Shown: positions 1-12,380, numbered from the stretch's first letter. The stretch is DNA of 64,000 nucleotides from an uncultured cyanobacterium (GCA_963706595.1 OY970166.1:5408001-5472000); one strand, 5' to 3'. Numbers and translations are program-made. Notes: generated by a model from the sequence alone, not told the origin.

Positions 1-688
1 GGATACACCTAGATTGCTCACCAGTCACTATTTCTGGATCGGCATCTTCATTGGTATTTTACCTGTGGCTGCTTGGTATAGCGCCCAATTCCTACACTAC
101 GGTTACAGTTTTGCACAAGTTGGTCTTGTCAATCAATCCCTCAGCCCCATTGGTACAGCCATTGAGCGAAATTTCGCCCCGCCCTGGTACTATGTGATCG
201 AAATCCTCAACTGGACATGGCCTTGGTTGATTTTTTTACCCCAAACCGTCAGGTTAATTTGGGAAAATCTTAACCTTAGTTGGGCAAAACTGTTATTGGT
301 ATGGAGTTTAGTCTATCTACTGCTCATTTCATTGATAAGTATAAAACTACCTTGGTACATATTCCCTATTTACCCTAGTTTAGCCTTAGCTTTTGGCGCT
401 CAGTTAGCAGAAATAGAAAACCTCCCTTTAACATCATCCTATCCGCGTACTTGGGTGGCTGGTCTGTCAATACTGGCTGTAGTCGCTTCTGCTGGTAGCA
501 TTTACTTCAGTAGCGGCACAGGACAAAAAACCGACTTGCAGCTAATTTTTGCCACTGTAGCTTTGACTATGAGTTTAGCCGCTATTTTAGCAGAACGAGG
601 TAATGGGCAATTCCTGAAGATTTTAGTTTGGGGAAGTTATATTTCTTTATTGCTATTAATGAAATCAAACTACTGGGTATGGGAATAA
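1..688 (+). CDS. ArnT/PMT-type (GT39/GT83-like) membrane glycosyltransferase, 3' part; begins upstream of the window
   Basis: Multi-TM ORF with PPWYY..WPW and KLPWYIFPIYP motifs typical of ArnT-like proteins. Confidence 0.7.
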   Translation, partial: DTPRLLTSHYFWIGIFIGILPVAAWYSAQFLHYGYSFAQVGLVNQSLSPIGTAIERNFAPPWYYVIEILNWTWPWLIFLPQTVRLIWENLNLSWAKLLLVWSLVYLLLISLISIKLPWYIFPIYPSLALAFGAQLAEIENLPLTSSYPRTWVAGLSILAVVASAGSIYFSSGTGQKTDLQLIFATVALTMSLAAILAERGNGQFLKILVWGSYISLLLLMKSNYWVWE

Positions 689-837
689 TCCCACCCTAAT
701 TCCGTCAAGTCGCTTCGTTCCAATTGAAAATTATTAATTCAAAAAAGGTCATTGGGAAGTTACCGTCTTCTCCCCCCTGCACCCTGCACCCTTCACCCTG
801 CCTCTTCCTCCCCACTCCCCACAAAATTTAGCATTGT

Positions 838-1209
838 TTATTCCCCTTCTTGAATTTTCTCCGTGGTAGGAAATTGCTGATCGTAATTTGTATTTTGCTG
901 CGTCACCGTGATCATGCTCAAGAAAATAGCCAGTCCCACAGCCAAACTCAATACAGGACGCTTGATCAGAATAAAATCTCGGATAATTCTCGCGAAAGGA
1001 CTACTTTGACGACGTAGCGCCGAACAAAGCATAATTTGTTTGAGCATAAACGGATCGCGGACATAATGGCCACTGCTACAAACTACTAGCCTTTGCTGAC
1101 AATAAGGACAGCGAAACAAGCCAGTGTGTGACTCGGCTAGTCTTTGCTTGGCATTTCTTTGACAAATTGGGCAAGCAACATAATCATTATCAAAGGTGTG
1201 TATATTCAT
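838..1209 (-). CDS. Hypothetical protein with N-terminal zinc ribbon and C-terminal TM helix
   Basis: CPIC...CPYC motif and a hydrophobic C-terminal segment. Confidence 0.65.
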   Translation of the reverse strand: MNIHTFDNDYVACPICQRNAKQRLAESHTGLFRCPYCQQRLVVCSSGHYVRDPFMLKQIMLCSALRRQSSPFARIIRDFILIKRPVLSLAVGLAIFLSMITVTQQNTNYDQQFPTTEKIQEGE

Positions 1210-1762
1210 CTACCTCGTCCGCTTAGTCTATTTACGCGCTCTGTAACAATACTTATATTGCATTTTGAAAAAATACTTAGTAGATTTCACAGTGTGATTT
1301 GACATCAGCCACGAATCAATCTGTGGAATTGTATTTCTACGAAGCATGGATCAATGGTCGCAACACGAGTATAGCTAGATTTAGGTGAGGATGGCTGTTG
1401 TTTACTCGCACCCAACTAGCGATCGTTGATCGTGCCAATTTTAGATTTGGGATTTGGGATTTGGGATTGTTTTTTTTGGTTCGGGCCCCTCGGCTATACC
1501 TGTTCATCAATCTAAAATCCCCAAGACTTATCCACAAGGGAATACAGTCAATCTCAAAACCCAAATTGTTTGACCATTGATAATTAATTCTCTCTCATTT
1601 AACCATTCTCATGATAAAAATTTTAACAAGCCGAATGTTTTTTAATAAAGCTGTGTAAATTCATCCCATCAGACTTATTTTGTCTGCTTGATAAAGAATA
1701 GCTGACAATGAGAAGTAGCAGCTCAAAATTTAAGTTTTTTCTGACATTTACCCCACATTTCC

Positions 1763-3652
1763 ATGACTCTCTTGCCTAAGAGCGAACTGAGGAAGGTAAC
1801 GGAACAGCCTATATTTCCTATACCTTCTACTCGTTTAACACAACTGATCAACCGTTTTCAACTATCCCCAGAAACCGTTGTACTATTTTTAGCCCTACTC
1901 ATTGGCGGTGGTACTGGTATGGGCGTAGTGACATTTCACTATTTAATCGAGCTGATTCATGATCTGATGCGATCAAAATTCATCGGTGCAATTAGTGTCT
2001 GGGGTAACTGGACTTTTGCCTGTGTTCCCATCTTGGGTGGGTTAATCGTGGGATTGATGCGTTGGTATGCTCAAGACTTTGGACCTGGACTGTCATCGAT
2101 GATTGCTGCTTCCCAGGGAACAGAACTCAAACAACAATTACGCCCAGTCACAAAAATGTTAGCTGCATCTGTTTCCTTGGGAAGTGGTGCTTCTTTGGGG
2201 ACTGAAGGGCCAAGTGTAGAAATTGGGGCAAATTTTGGGATGCTGTTGTCTGCAATTCTCAAAGTGTCTCAAGAGCGACAACGGTTACTTTTAGGTGCTG
2301 GTGCGGCGGCTGGATTAGCGGCTGGATTTAATGCGCCCATCGCGGGAGTATTTTTTGCTCTAGAAGTAGTGATGGGAACAACCTCTTTTGCCACTTCGGC
2401 TGTGAGTGTGGTACTTCTAGCCGCAGTAGTAGCAGCATTAATTGCTCAAATTGGCTTGGGCGCACAACCTGCTTTTGATTTACCTGTTTACCAAGTCCGC
2501 AGTCTTTTGGAATTACCGCTTTATCTGGGGTTAGGTTTAGGAGCAAGTTTAGTTTCTCTGACTTATACAGGCACAATTCGGTTAGCAAAAGCTGGTTTTG
2601 CTGGGTCAATTCCTGGTTTTGGCTGGTTAGGACGCATCCCTAAACCCATTCATCCCTTAATTGGTGGTGTAATTCTCGGCACAGTCACTTTACAATTTCC
2701 CCAAGTTTTAGGCATTGGTTACGAAACTGTGGAAGCCATGCTTCAGGATGTAGAGTTTTCTCTGCAATTATTGATTCTATTATTAGTGCTGAAATTATTG
2801 ATGACGGCCATTAGTACGAGTAGTGGCTTTGTGGGTGGTTTATTTGCACCAGCAATGTTTCTGGGTGCTTCTTTTGGTTCTGCTTATGCTAAAACCGTCA
2901 CCGTTCTCTTTCCGGCAGTTGGTGAGGTGATGGCGGCTCCTCCAGCCTATGCAATGGTGGGGATGGCAGCAGTTTTAGCTGCCAGTGTCAGAGCGCCATT
3001 AACTGCTATTTTGATGTTATTTGAATTAACCCGTGATTACCGGATTGTTTTACCTTTAATGGCAGCAGTCAGTTTAAGTGTGTGGGTGATAGAACGGATG
3101 AAGCCAAATTTTGATTCTAATTCTAATTTGCAACAAATTGGTCTTTCTGAGTTGAAAGATGAACAAGCAGAAATTGTACAGCAAATTTTGGTAGAAGATG
3201 CTATGGTAATTTCACCTAAAAAATTGCCTGCAACCTTGGGAGTTTTAGAAGCAGCTCTGGAAATGATCCGCGATCGCTGTCGTAGTGCTTTAGTAATTGA
3301 TCAAGCAGAGCAATTAGTGGGTATCCTATCTCTAGAAGACATTAATCGTGTTCTGCGTCTACCGCCAAATCACGCCCATTCTGCCAGTGAAATATCGAGT
3401 CATTTAGCTAATCAAACTCTGATTGATATTTGTACCACTGAAATTATCTATGCTTGGCGAGATGAACTCTTGTCTGAAGCTTTAGATCGGATGACCCTTC
3501 GAGGTTTGCACCAATTACCTGTGGTAACACGAGATAATTCTGAGTACATTTTAGGCTTGCTAGAACGCGACCAAGTTACACTAATATGCAGCTTGACAGT
3601 AACGCACAAAGCACTTGAGCAATATTTATCAGCAACAGTCATTGCTAATTAG
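1763..3652 (+). CDS. ClC chloride channel/antiporter with C-terminal CBS pair
   Basis: GTEGP, GLFAP and FELT motifs; CBS-like C-terminus. Confidence 0.92.
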   Translation: MTLLPKSELRKVTEQPIFPIPSTRLTQLINRFQLSPETVVLFLALLIGGGTGMGVVTFHYLIELIHDLMRSKFIGAISVWGNWTFACVPILGGLIVGLMRWYAQDFGPGLSSMIAASQGTELKQQLRPVTKMLAASVSLGSGASLGTEGPSVEIGANFGMLLSAILKVSQERQRLLLGAGAAAGLAAGFNAPIAGVFFALEVVMGTTSFATSAVSVVLLAAVVAALIAQIGLGAQPAFDLPVYQVRSLLELPLYLGLGLGASLVSLTYTGTIRLAKAGFAGSIPGFGWLGRIPKPIHPLIGGVILGTVTLQFPQVLGIGYETVEAMLQDVEFSLQLLILLLVLKLLMTAISTSSGFVGGLFAPAMFLGASFGSAYAKTVTVLFPAVGEVMAAPPAYAMVGMAAVLAASVRAPLTAILMLFELTRDYRIVLPLMAAVSLSVWVIERMKPNFDSNSNLQQIGLSELKDEQAEIVQQILVEDAMVISPKKLPATLGVLEAALEMIRDRCRSALVIDQAEQLVGILSLEDINRVLRLPPNHAHSASEISSHLANQTLIDICTTEIIYAWRDELLSEALDRMTLRGLHQLPVVTRDNSEYILGLLERDQVTLICSLTVTHKALEQYLSATVIAN

Positions 3653-3710
3653 CTAATGGTCAGTGGCCAGTGGAAAAATTAACAACTGACAACTGACAAC
3701 TAACAATTTA

Positions 3711-4124
3711 TTAAGCTGTAGCCTCTATGGCTTCCACGCCTTCCTTCTCATCTGCGTCTACCTGTCTCAGACGAATATGTTTTTTGCCCAAGGTAATGAG
3801 AAACTCATCTCCTGGTTCAAGATTCATCTGTTTTGTATAAGCTGAACCTATGAGTAAATTACCGTTTGATTGCACGCTAATTCTATAGCTAGCACTGCGC
3901 CCGCCGCGTCCGTTGGCACTGGGTGAACTGTCTAACTGAATGCCTTCAGCATCAATGAGGGCATTCAAAAATTTCATCATATTCACACGCTCTATACCAT
4001 TTTTGGTAATGGTATAGTAGCCGCACTGCTTGGCTTTATCTTCTTTGCTAAGGCTTTCTAGCTCTTTAACTTTTTTGAGCAGTTCATCACCCAGTAGGGG
4101 TTCTATTTTTTTCAGTTTAGGCAT
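3711..4124 (-). CDS. Cyanobacterial AbrB-like transcriptional regulator (cyAbrB)
   Basis: GRGGRSASYRISVQSNGNLLIGSAYT motif; ATG at 4124. Confidence 0.9.
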   Translation of the reverse strand: MPKLKKIEPLLGDELLKKVKELESLSKEDKAKQCGYYTITKNGIERVNMMKFLNALIDAEGIQLDSSPSANGRGGRSASYRISVQSNGNLLIGSAYTKQMNLEPGDEFLITLGKKHIRLRQVDADEKEGVEAIEATA

Positions 4125-4517
4125 CAACTTAGATGAGAAATGAATGGTTGAAGTAGTTAAATCGATTTTATTTTAGCCGACATTGAACTCTTAAGAACAG
4201 AATCTTTTAGTTTTTATCTCAGCTTTGCCAAGTATATTACACTCTGATCTGAAATTGTTACACAATTATCAATATTGTCAAGACAATCTATTTTCTATAA
4301 TCTGCATAACTATATTTAGTTTGTGATCACTGCTAGACTATATTTGTTTAGGTTTCCTAAAGCCACCCTCAAAACTTGTATAGCTGGTAAGCTTGGTAAT
4401 GAGAACACAAGAGGAGCAGCAAAACTAATCCTTTAATCATTACCGTTAGTAATTATTGACTGGTCAGTGGTCAAAATAAAACAACTGACAACTGATAAAT
4501 AAACCAAACTTGCCAGG

Positions 4518-4961
4518 ATGAAACTAACTACCAGAGGACATTACAGTGTCAAGGCATTGCTAGATTTAAGTTTACAGCCAAGTTATGGACCGGCATCAGT
4601 CAGAGCGATCGCACTTCGCCAAAATATCCCCGCCCCTTACCTGGAAAAGTTGCTCATAGAAATGCGTCGGGCTGGATTAGTCAAATCAATTCGGGGTAGC
4701 ATTGGCGGATACCAACTAGCATTAAAGCCTGTACAGATTTCTATAGGTCAAATTTTAGAAGCCGTTGGCGAAACTATTACTCGTTTACCCCATCACACCC
4801 CAACGCCAGCGCAAACCGAAGATTGGGTAACATACACTCTCTGGCAAAGACTCAACCAAAAGCTCAAAGAAGCTTTATACAGTATTACTCTGGCTGATCT
4901 CTATTACGATGCTCGGAGTTGGCAAGCTTCCCTGGGCGAAGAAGCGAGTTTTGTTGTTTAG
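4518..4961 (+). CDS. Rrf2-family transcriptional regulator lacking the Fe-S Cys triad
   Basis: MKLTTRGHY...YLEKLL...SIRGSIGGYQL winged helix. Confidence 0.9.
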   Translation: MKLTTRGHYSVKALLDLSLQPSYGPASVRAIALRQNIPAPYLEKLLIEMRRAGLVKSIRGSIGGYQLALKPVQISIGQILEAVGETITRLPHHTPTPAQTEDWVTYTLWQRLNQKLKEALYSITLADLYYDARSWQASLGEEASFVV

Positions 4962-5010
4962 TCATTAGTCATTAGTCATTAGTCATTGGTTATTAGTCAT
5001 TAGTCATTGG
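4958..5010. repeat. STRR heptamer tandem array (TTAGTCA)n
   Basis: Read directly; a similar array lies at about 32166-32208. Confidence 0.9.
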
Positions 5011-5035
5011 TTATTCGCTTTCATATACAAGACAA

Positions 5036-6005
5036 ATGACATCATCTGTGGTTTTAATCATTGCGGCACTATTAGATTATTTCATTGGTGATCCTTGGGG
5101 TTGGCCTCATCCGGTGCAAGTTATGGGGTGGGTAATTTCTCGCCTGACTAAATTTTTTATTCAAGTTTGTCAGAGTTCTCTCACACAACGGATAGCGGGA
5201 ATTTTTTTAGCCATCACCTTAATCATTGGTAGCGGCTGTGTAGGTTGGTTAATAATTCAAACTGCTCAAGGGCTGCATCCATTGTGGGGAATCGTCTTAG
5301 AAAGCATTCTTCTGGCTAGTTGTTTTGCTTTAAAAAGTCTGCGAACAGCTGCTGAAGCTGTGCTAAAACCATTAACAGCCGGAGATTTGGCATCAGCTCG
5401 GAATACTTTAAGTAATTATGTCGGTCGAGATACACAAACACTCTCCGAAGCAGAAATTTTGCGCGCAGTGTTAGAAACCGTCACCGAAAATGCGACTGAT
5501 GGCGTGATGGCTCCACTTTTTTATGCGATTGTGGGTGCTTGTGTGCCGGGTGTGGGTTTAATTCCTCTGGCTTTAGCATACAAAGCTAGTAGTACCTCTT
5601 GATTCAATGGTGGGTTATCGGCAAGCGCCCTATACTTATTTAGGGTGGTTTAGTGCCAGATTTGAAGACTATTTAACTTGGCTACCTTGTCGCTTAACGG
5701 TGATTACCTTGGCACTGTTATCGCGTCAACCCCTCTATGTTTGGCGAATGTGTTGCCGAGATGCAGTCAAAGATCCCAGTCCCAACTCAGGCTGGAGTGA
5801 GTGTGCTTATGCTGCTATTTTGGGTGTGCAAATGGGAGGCACAAATTGGTATGGCGGAGTAGCTAAACCAAAACCACTGCTAGGAGATGCTATTCATCCT
5901 ATTACCCCAACTTCCATTGAAACTGCTTTATTATTGACTCGATCTGCTTTTTTATTGTGGTTAGCGATCGCGATCGCATTATTATTCATACTCACGAACA
6001 GGTAA
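5036..6005 (+). pseudogene. cbiB: Adenosylcobinamide-phosphate synthase CbiB/CobD split by a +1 frameshift near 5597 (possibly a sequencing error)
   Basis: GDPWGWPHPV, ENATDG and SPNSG motifs; removing one base restores YKASSTLDSMVGY. Confidence 0.85.
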
Positions 6006-6103
6006 TTTTAAATATATAGCATTGAACATGGGGACATTTTTGCTCTCCATTCCCTTGTACAGAATCGATTCATAGCCTCTCTACTCATTCCCCCATCTAA
6101 ACT

Positions 6104-6667
6104 ATGTCTGCCAAAGTAGTTGAAATTCTTTCCTCAGAAGACCTCCGTCGGACCTTAACTCGTCTAGCCTCTCAAATCGTGGAAAAGTCCCGTGATTTAT
6201 CTCAACTGGTACTCATCGGTATTTATACTAGAGGGGTGCTATTAGCCGAATTATTGGCACGTCAGATTGAGACACTCGAAGGTGTCAACGTGGCAGTGGG
6301 AGCATTAGATATTACATTCTATCGAGATGATCTTGACAAAATTGGCTTAAGGACTCCAGCGAAAACCAACATCCCCTTTGACCTCACAGGGAAGACAGTT
6401 GTGCTGGTAGATGATGTCATTTTCAAAGGTCGGACGATTCGCGCGGCGTTAAATGCTGTTACTGAGTATGGTAGACCAGAAGTAATTCGTTTAGCCGTTT
6501 TAGTAGACAGGGGTCATCGAGAAGTCCCAATTCACCCAGATTTCATTGGTAAGCAACTACCTACAGCTAAAGAAGAAATAGTCAAAGTTTACTTACAAGA
6601 TTGGGATGACAGAGATGCAGTCGAGTTGATGGCGGCAAATAACCTTCTTTTCGATGCTCATGAATAA
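6104..6667 (+). CDS. pyrR: Bifunctional pyr regulator / uracil phosphoribosyltransferase
   Basis: [27 protein letters not shown] and DRGHRE.PI motifs. Confidence 0.95.
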   Translation: MSAKVVEILSSEDLRRTLTRLASQIVEKSRDLSQLVLIGIYTRGVLLAELLARQIETLEGVNVAVGALDITFYRDDLDKIGLRTPAKTNIPFDLTGKTVVLVDDVIFKGRTIRAALNAVTEYGRPEVIRLAVLVDRGHREVPIHPDFIGKQLPTAKEEIVKVYLQDWDDRDAVELMAANNLLFDAHE

Positions 6668-9656
6668 GAAAGATTCTGCCCTGATTTTAGTTGTAGATGA
6701 TGATGATTTTACCCGTAGGCATCTGTGCTATCTAATCAAACAAGCTGGGTATCAGTTCGCAGAAGCGAGTAACGGTTTAGATGCACTTGCTACCTGTACT
6801 CATCTACGCCCAGATATAGTTTTGCTGGATGCCGTGATGCCAGTTATGGATGGGTTTGACTGCTGCGCTCAATTGCAAACACTTCCAGATGCTGAAAACA
6901 CATTTGTGTTAATCATGACTGCTCTGGATGATCAAGCATCTGTAGAGCAAGCTTTTGCTGTCGGTGCAACTGATTTTGTCACTAAGCCCATTCAATGGAC
7001 GGTCTTATCTCAAAGATTACGCCGTCTTTTGGCAGCTAATTATGCCATACAGGAATTACGACGGCAAACTCAGGCAGCACAATTGCGCGAGACCCAAATG
7101 GGGATGGCTTTGGAGGCAGCCCAGATGGGTATTTGGAACTGGGACATCTTGACCAACCAAATTACTTGGTCTGATACCCTCGAAGTTATCTATGGCATGG
7201 AAAAAGGCACTTTTAATGGTACGTATGAAGCTTTCATTAATTGCATTCATCCTCTAGATCAGGATTTTGTTAGGTACGCGGATCAGCGAGCGATTCGGGA
7301 AGGGGTAGACTATGACATTGAATTTCGTGTGGTTTTACCCGATGGCAATATTCGCTGGTTAGCCAGCAAAGGAGCAGCTGTTCATGATGCTTCTGGTTTA
7401 GCTGTGCGGATGACTGGGGTAGAGGTCGATATTAGCAAACGCAAGGAAGCAGAATCAGCACTGGAGATTCGTGCTAATCAACAAGCTGTGATCGCCGAAC
7501 TCAGTCAAAGGGCTTTAGCTGGGAAAGATTTGACTACACTGATGAACTCCTGTGTGGTGCTTGTTGCCCAACACCTCAAGGTTGAATATTCCAAGATTTT
7601 GGAACTGTTACCAGATGGTGACGCATTACTACTGCGGGCGGGAGTTGGTTGGCAATCTGGGCTGGTGGGACAAGCCAGTGTCAGCACTGATACAAATTCC
7701 CAAGCTGGTTATACTTTGCTTTCTCAGTCATCAGTGATTGTGACTAATCTTCAGCAAGAAACGCGATTTAATGGTCCAGCGCTGTTACATGACCATCAAG
7801 TGGTGAGTGGTCTGAGTGTGGTAATTCATGGACAAGAATCTCCTTTTGGGGTATTAGGCGTACATACAACCAGAAATCGGACTTTTACCAAAGATGATGT
7901 TTATTTTCTCCAAGCTGTGGCCAATGTTTTAGCAACAGCCATTGAGCATCAACGATTTGAGGATGCACTGAAAACGAGTGAAGAGCGTTGGGAGTTAGCT
8001 GTACGCAGTACCAATGATGGTATTTGGGACTGGAACCTGATAACTAATGAAGTATTTTTTTCCCGGCGCTGGAAGGAAATGCTTGGTTACGAAGACCAGG
8101 AAATTTCCTCTGATGTCCATGAATGGTGTTCCCGCATACATCCAGAAGATTTCGATGCGGTGCAACAAGCAATTGCTGACCACAACGCCAAGAAAACCCC
8201 ATTTTTGATTATTGAGCATCAAGTCCGGTGTCAGGATGGCTCTTACAAGTGGATTTTGGCTCGTGGTCAGGCTGTGTGGGATGAAGATGGTTATGTAGTG
8301 CGGATGATTGGCGGGATTATGGACATTAGCAAACGCCGCGCTGCATTGTCCGAACTTCAACAGGTACAAGCACAATTACAACGCCAAAACTTGCGATGCC
8401 ATGCGGCGGCTTCCGCATCGCAATTATTCGCCAATATCACTCTGAAAATTCGCCAGTCTTTACAAATCGATCAAATTCTGCAAACTAGCGTTACAGAGGT
8501 CCAAAAGCTATTACACGCCGACCGGGTATTAATTTTACGGGTACGCAGCAATGGTGCATACATGGTGCTGAAAGAAGCAGTAGTACCCGAATTCCCTGCT
8601 GTTTTAGGACAGCTGATTGGCGACCTTTCATTAGGAGAAGGTTATATCAATCAATATCGCCAGGGGCGGATTAGTGCAATTACTGACATAGAACAAGCTA
8701 CACTCCCACCTTGCTATGTCAAATGGCTGCAAAAATTTAGAGTCAAAGCTAATCTCATTGTTCCTGTGTTCCGCGAACATCAACTTTGGGGGCTGCTAAT
8801 TGCTCATCAATGCGATCTTCCTCGTGAATGGACACAATGGGAAATAGAACTGTTGCGACAACTTGCAGATCAAATAGGTATTGCCCTAGATCAAAGTTTA
8901 ATCCTCGAAAAAGAAACTCGTCAAAGCCAAGAACTCACCCGTTCTAATCAAGAATTACAACAATTTGCCTTTATTGCTTCCCATGATTTACAAGAGCCAC
9001 TCCGGAAAATTATCAGCTTTGGCGATCGCCTCAAAACCACTTGTGAGCATGACTTAAGCCCACAAGGACGCGATTATCTAGAACGAATGCAGAATGCAGC
9101 CTTTCGGATGCAGACTTTGATTCAAGACCTCTTGACACTTTCGCGAGTCACCACTAGGGCGCAGCCTTTTGTATTAGTGAATTTGACACAAATAGTTAAT
9201 GAGGTGTTGTCTGATTTAGAAGTTAGTATTCAGCAAACCAATGGACGTGTAGAGGTAGGTGATTTACCCACGATTAAAGCCGATCCTCTACAGATGCGCC
9301 AATTACTGCAAAACCTCATCGGTAACGCCCTGAAATTTCACCGTCCCCAAACACCGCCTGTGGTCAAAGTTTATAGTCAAATTTTGCCTAGTCAATCAGA
9401 TCAAGTTTCTGTAGTTTCCGAAACTTGTCAAATTACCGTTGAAGATAATGGGATTGGTGTTGCACAAAAGTATGTTGACCGCATTTTCAAAGTTTTTCAA
9501 CGTTTGCATGGTCGTCAGGAATATCAGGGTACTGGTGTGGGTTTAGCCATCTGCCGCAAAATTGCCGAACGACATCAGGGAATGATCACAGTAGAAAGTC
9601 AACCAGGACAAGGAGCAAAATTTATGATCACCTTGCCAATTAATTGTAACTTTTAG
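6654..9656 (+). CDS. Hybrid sensor histidine kinase REC-PAS-GAF-PAS-GAF(cyanobacteriochrome-like)-HisKA-HATPase
   Basis: N-terminal REC (LVVDDD, LLD, FVTKP); PAS3 motifs; GAF with a CY motif; Cph1-type [10 protein letters not shown] box; GTGVGL. Confidence 0.9.
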   Translation: MLMNKKDSALILVVDDDDFTRRHLCYLIKQAGYQFAEASNGLDALATCTHLRPDIVLLDAVMPVMDGFDCCAQLQTLPDAENTFVLIMTALDDQASVEQAFAVGATDFVTKPIQWTVLSQRLRRLLAANYAIQELRRQTQAAQLRETQMGMALEAAQMGIWNWDILTNQITWSDTLEVIYGMEKGTFNGTYEAFINCIHPLDQDFVRYADQRAIREGVDYDIEFRVVLPDGNIRWLASKGAAVHDASGLAVRMTGVEVDISKRKEAESALEIRANQQAVIAELSQRALAGKDLTTLMNSCVVLVAQHLKVEYSKILELLPDGDALLLRAGVGWQSGLVGQASVSTDTNSQAGYTLLSQSSVIVTNLQQETRFNGPALLHDHQVVSGLSVVIHGQESPFGVLGVHTTRNRTFTKDDVYFLQAVANVLATAIEHQRFEDALKTSEERWELAVRSTNDGIWDWNLITNEVFFSRRWKEMLGYEDQEISSDVHEWCSRIHPEDFDAVQQAIADHNAKKTPFLIIEHQVRCQDGSYKWILARGQAVWDEDGYVVRMIGGIMDISKRRAALSELQQVQAQLQRQNLRCHAAASASQLFANITLKIRQSLQIDQILQTSVTEVQKLLHADRVLILRVRSNGAYMVLKEAVVPEFPAVLGQLIGDLSLGEGYINQYRQGRISAITDIEQATLPPCYVKWLQKFRVKANLIVPVFREHQLWGLLIAHQCDLPREWTQWEIELLRQLADQIGIALDQSLILEKETRQSQELTRSNQELQQFAFIASHDLQEPLRKIISFGDRLKTTCEHDLSPQGRDYLERMQNAAFRMQTLIQDLLTLSRVTTRAQPFVLVNLTQIVNEVLSDLEVSIQQTNGRVEVGDLPTIKADPLQMRQLLQNLIGNALKFHRPQTPPVVKVYSQILPSQSDQVSVVSETCQITVEDNGIGVAQKYVDRIFKVFQRLHGRQEYQGTGVGLAICRKIAERHQGMITVESQPGQGAKFMITLPINCNF
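8393..8421 (+). repeat. 21-nt SDR5-like element inserted into a HIP1 site, in frame within the kinase
   Basis: GCGAT-[GCCATGCGGCGGCTTCCGCAT]-CGC; removal regenerates GCGATCGC. Confidence 0.8.
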
Positions 9657-9797
9657 TTATTCTTCCTAGAGAGGGATTTCTCAAATACTGCAAAATGCCA
9701 TCCTCTAACTTAATAGATATATCTCGGAAAATGTAGCCATTTAATATTTATTTATACCTGATAACGAGTGTGACTAGTTTATAGGAGATAATTCAGG

Positions 9798-10268
9798 GTG
9801 AAGGGTAGCCAAACAACCGTCACAATTTTAATGGCGGATGATGATGAAGATGACCACATATTAGTTCGTGATGCATTGGCAGAAAGTCAACTGCCAATTG
9901 ACCTGCATATTGTCAGCAATGGTGAAGAGTTGCTGAATTATTTGTATAATCGTGGTTTATATAGTGACAAAAGTCAAGCGCCACGTCCAGGCTTAATTTT
10001 ATTAGACTTAAATATGCCTAAAAAAAATGGTCTTGAAGTCCTCAAAGATATTAAAACCGACCCCATCCTCCGGCGTATTCCCGTGATCGTGTTGTCAACT
10101 TCAAATGATCAACAGGACATATACCAGACTTACGATTTAGGTGCAAATTCTTTCATCACCAAGCCAGTGACATTTGCCGCCTTAGTTGAAATCATGAAAA
10201 ATATAGGAAAATATTGGTTTGAAATAGTGCAACTACCACTAGAAAACGTGCGAGGAATCGATGAATGA
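9798..10268 (+). CDS. Single-domain response regulator (Rcp1-like)
   Basis: ILMADDD, LILLDLNMP and YDLGANSFITKP motifs. Confidence 0.92.
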   Translation: MKGSQTTVTILMADDDEDDHILVRDALAESQLPIDLHIVSNGEELLNYLYNRGLYSDKSQAPRPGLILLDLNMPKKNGLEVLKDIKTDPILRRIPVIVLSTSNDQQDIYQTYDLGANSFITKPVTFAALVEIMKNIGKYWFEIVQLPLENVRGIDE

Positions 10269-12153
10269 CAATCCGATTAGAGTGCTGTTAGTTGATGATG
10301 ATGAAGACGATTATATTTTAACTCGTGATTGGTTTAGTGAATTTCAGGTGGCTGGCTGCGAGTTGTCATGGATAGATAGTTATGAAGCGGGAAAGGATGC
10401 GATCGCTGATCACAATCATGATATTTATCTGGTAGACTATCGTTTAGGAATTAATAGCGGACTAGAGCTATTACGCGAAGCGATCGCCAACGGTTGCGCC
10501 TCCCCCATCATTTTACTCACTGGTCAGGGAGACAGAGAAATAGACCTAGAAGCCATGAAAGCAGGCGCAGCAGATTATCTTGAAAAAAGCCAGTTAACTG
10601 CACCCTTGCTAGAACGTTCCATCCGTTACGCTCTGGAACGCAAACAAACAGAAAAAAAAATCCGCCAACAAGCTGCTTTACTAGACATTGCCACCGATGC
10701 CATTTTTGTGCATGATTTAGACGACCCAGTTTTATTTTGGAACAAAGCCGCCGAAAGTTTATACGGTTGGAAAAAAGCAGAAGCAATTGGCAAAAAAACC
10801 CAAGAGCTTTGGTATGAAAAGAATGAACTGCTATTAGAACAAGCATTCAACCATCTCATGCAACATGGTTCATGGAAAGGAGAGCTACATCAAAGAACCA
10901 AATCAGGCCAAGAAATTATTGTCGAAAGCCGTTGGACATTAGTTCAAAACTTCGAGAACAAACCACAATCTATTCTAGTTGTCAATACTGATATTACCGA
11001 AAAAAAACAACTGGAATCTCAATTTCTCAGGGCGCAAAGATTAGAAAGTATTGGCACTCTGTCCAGTGGTATTGCCCATGACTTGAATAATGTTCTCGCT
11101 CCCATTATGATGACAGCACAACTTTTAGCCGCACAAATGCAAGATGAGCGTTCTCGGCGGTTGTTGCCCATTTTGATCTCCAATGCCAAACGTGGAGCCA
11201 GTTTAGTTAATCAAGTATTATCATTTACTCGTGGTCTTGAGGGAGAGCGTACCCTTTTACAACTAAAGCATTTAATTATAGAAATTCAGCAAATTATTAA
11301 GGAAACCTTTCCCAAAACAATAGAAGTTACCACCCAAATCCCTCCCAATCTTTGGACTGTATCTGGTGATGCAACGCAATTACATCAAGTGTTGATGAAT
11401 TTGTGTGTTAATGCTCGCGATGCCATGTCTGACGGCGGGAATTTAAAAATATTGGCGGAAAATCTTTTAGTAGATGAGAATTACGCCAGGATGAACATTG
11501 ATGCTAAAGTTGGTTCCTATATAGTCATTACTGTGATCGATACGGGAATGGGTATTCCCCCAGAAATATTAGATCGGATATTTGAGCCTTTTTTTACAAC
11601 TAAAGAAACTGGTAAAGGAACGGGGTTGGGTCTTTCTACCGTCATGGGGATTATTAAAAGCCACGATGGTTTTATTAAAGTAAAGAGCAAACCAGGAAAT
11701 GGCAGTCAATTCCAGGTTTATTTGCCAGCCCAAGAAATCACAGAAACCATAGAAGAAGAAGAACAAAGTTTGCCTCAAGGTAATGGAGAATTGATTTTAG
11801 TTGTAGACGATGAAGCTGCGATTAGGGAAATTACGAAAACATCTCTAGAAAACCATCATTACCGAGCAATCACAGCCAATGATGGAATTGAAGCCATAGC
11901 ATTGTATGTAGAAAATCGAGATGATATAGCTCTTGTTTTAACCGATATGGTGATGCCGTCTATGGATGGGATAACAACTATTAAAACATTGCAAAAAATT
12001 AACCCAAATGTGAAAATTATTGCCGTCAGTGGATTGGCTACAACTGATAAAGTCAATGCGGCTCATGATGTGGGCGTTAAAGCCTTTTTAGCCAAACCGT
12101 ACACAGCAAATCAGTTATTGCAAACCATTAGCACTGTCAAAAGTAGGGATTAG
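10261..12153 (+). CDS. Hybrid histidine kinase REC-PAS-HisKA-HATPase-REC
   Basis: Two REC domains; [25 protein letters not shown]. Confidence 0.92.
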   Translation: MNDNPIRVLLVDDDEDDYILTRDWFSEFQVAGCELSWIDSYEAGKDAIADHNHDIYLVDYRLGINSGLELLREAIANGCASPIILLTGQGDREIDLEAMKAGAADYLEKSQLTAPLLERSIRYALERKQTEKKIRQQAALLDIATDAIFVHDLDDPVLFWNKAAESLYGWKKAEAIGKKTQELWYEKNELLLEQAFNHLMQHGSWKGELHQRTKSGQEIIVESRWTLVQNFENKPQSILVVNTDITEKKQLESQFLRAQRLESIGTLSSGIAHDLNNVLAPIMMTAQLLAAQMQDERSRRLLPILISNAKRGASLVNQVLSFTRGLEGERTLLQLKHLIIEIQQIIKETFPKTIEVTTQIPPNLWTVSGDATQLHQVLMNLCVNARDAMSDGGNLKILAENLLVDENYARMNIDAKVGSYIVITVIDTGMGIPPEILDRIFEPFFTTKETGKGTGLGLSTVMGIIKSHDGFIKVKSKPGNGSQFQVYLPAQEITETIEEEEQSLPQGNGELILVVDDEAAIREITKTSLENHHYRAITANDGIEAIALYVENRDDIALVLTDMVMPSMDGITTIKTLQKINPNVKIIAVSGLATTDKVNAAHDVGVKAFLAKPYTANQLLQTISTVKSRD

Positions 12154-12236
12154 TTCCACTGTCAAGAAGACAAAATTAGCCAAAAAATTTAATTAGACAG
12201 CGACCGAATTCAAATGTGCATTTTCAGTGAACCTTT

Positions 12237-12264
12237 GTAGAGACGTTCCAGGGAACATCTCTAC
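12237..12264. repeat. GTAG-type REP-like hairpin
   Basis: GTAGAGACGTTCC-AG-GGAACATCTCTAC imperfect palindrome. Confidence 0.65.
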
Positions 12265-12380
12265 TTTGTCACAAGATAACTATTGTCGGTTTTCTTTTTT
12301 CAACCCGATGGGACTTGGAACAACGAGCAAATATCCTATAGGCTGAATATATATACTTAGCTTGTTTGAGATGGTGGCAA

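Noticed and set aside
1337..1580. Overlapping ORFs 1337-1564 and 1398-1580
   Set aside because: They run through a GATTTGG STRR array and show no recognisable motif
6006..6103. PyrR attenuator upstream of pyrR
   Set aside because: No PyrR-binding loop or terminator/antiterminator pattern is visible
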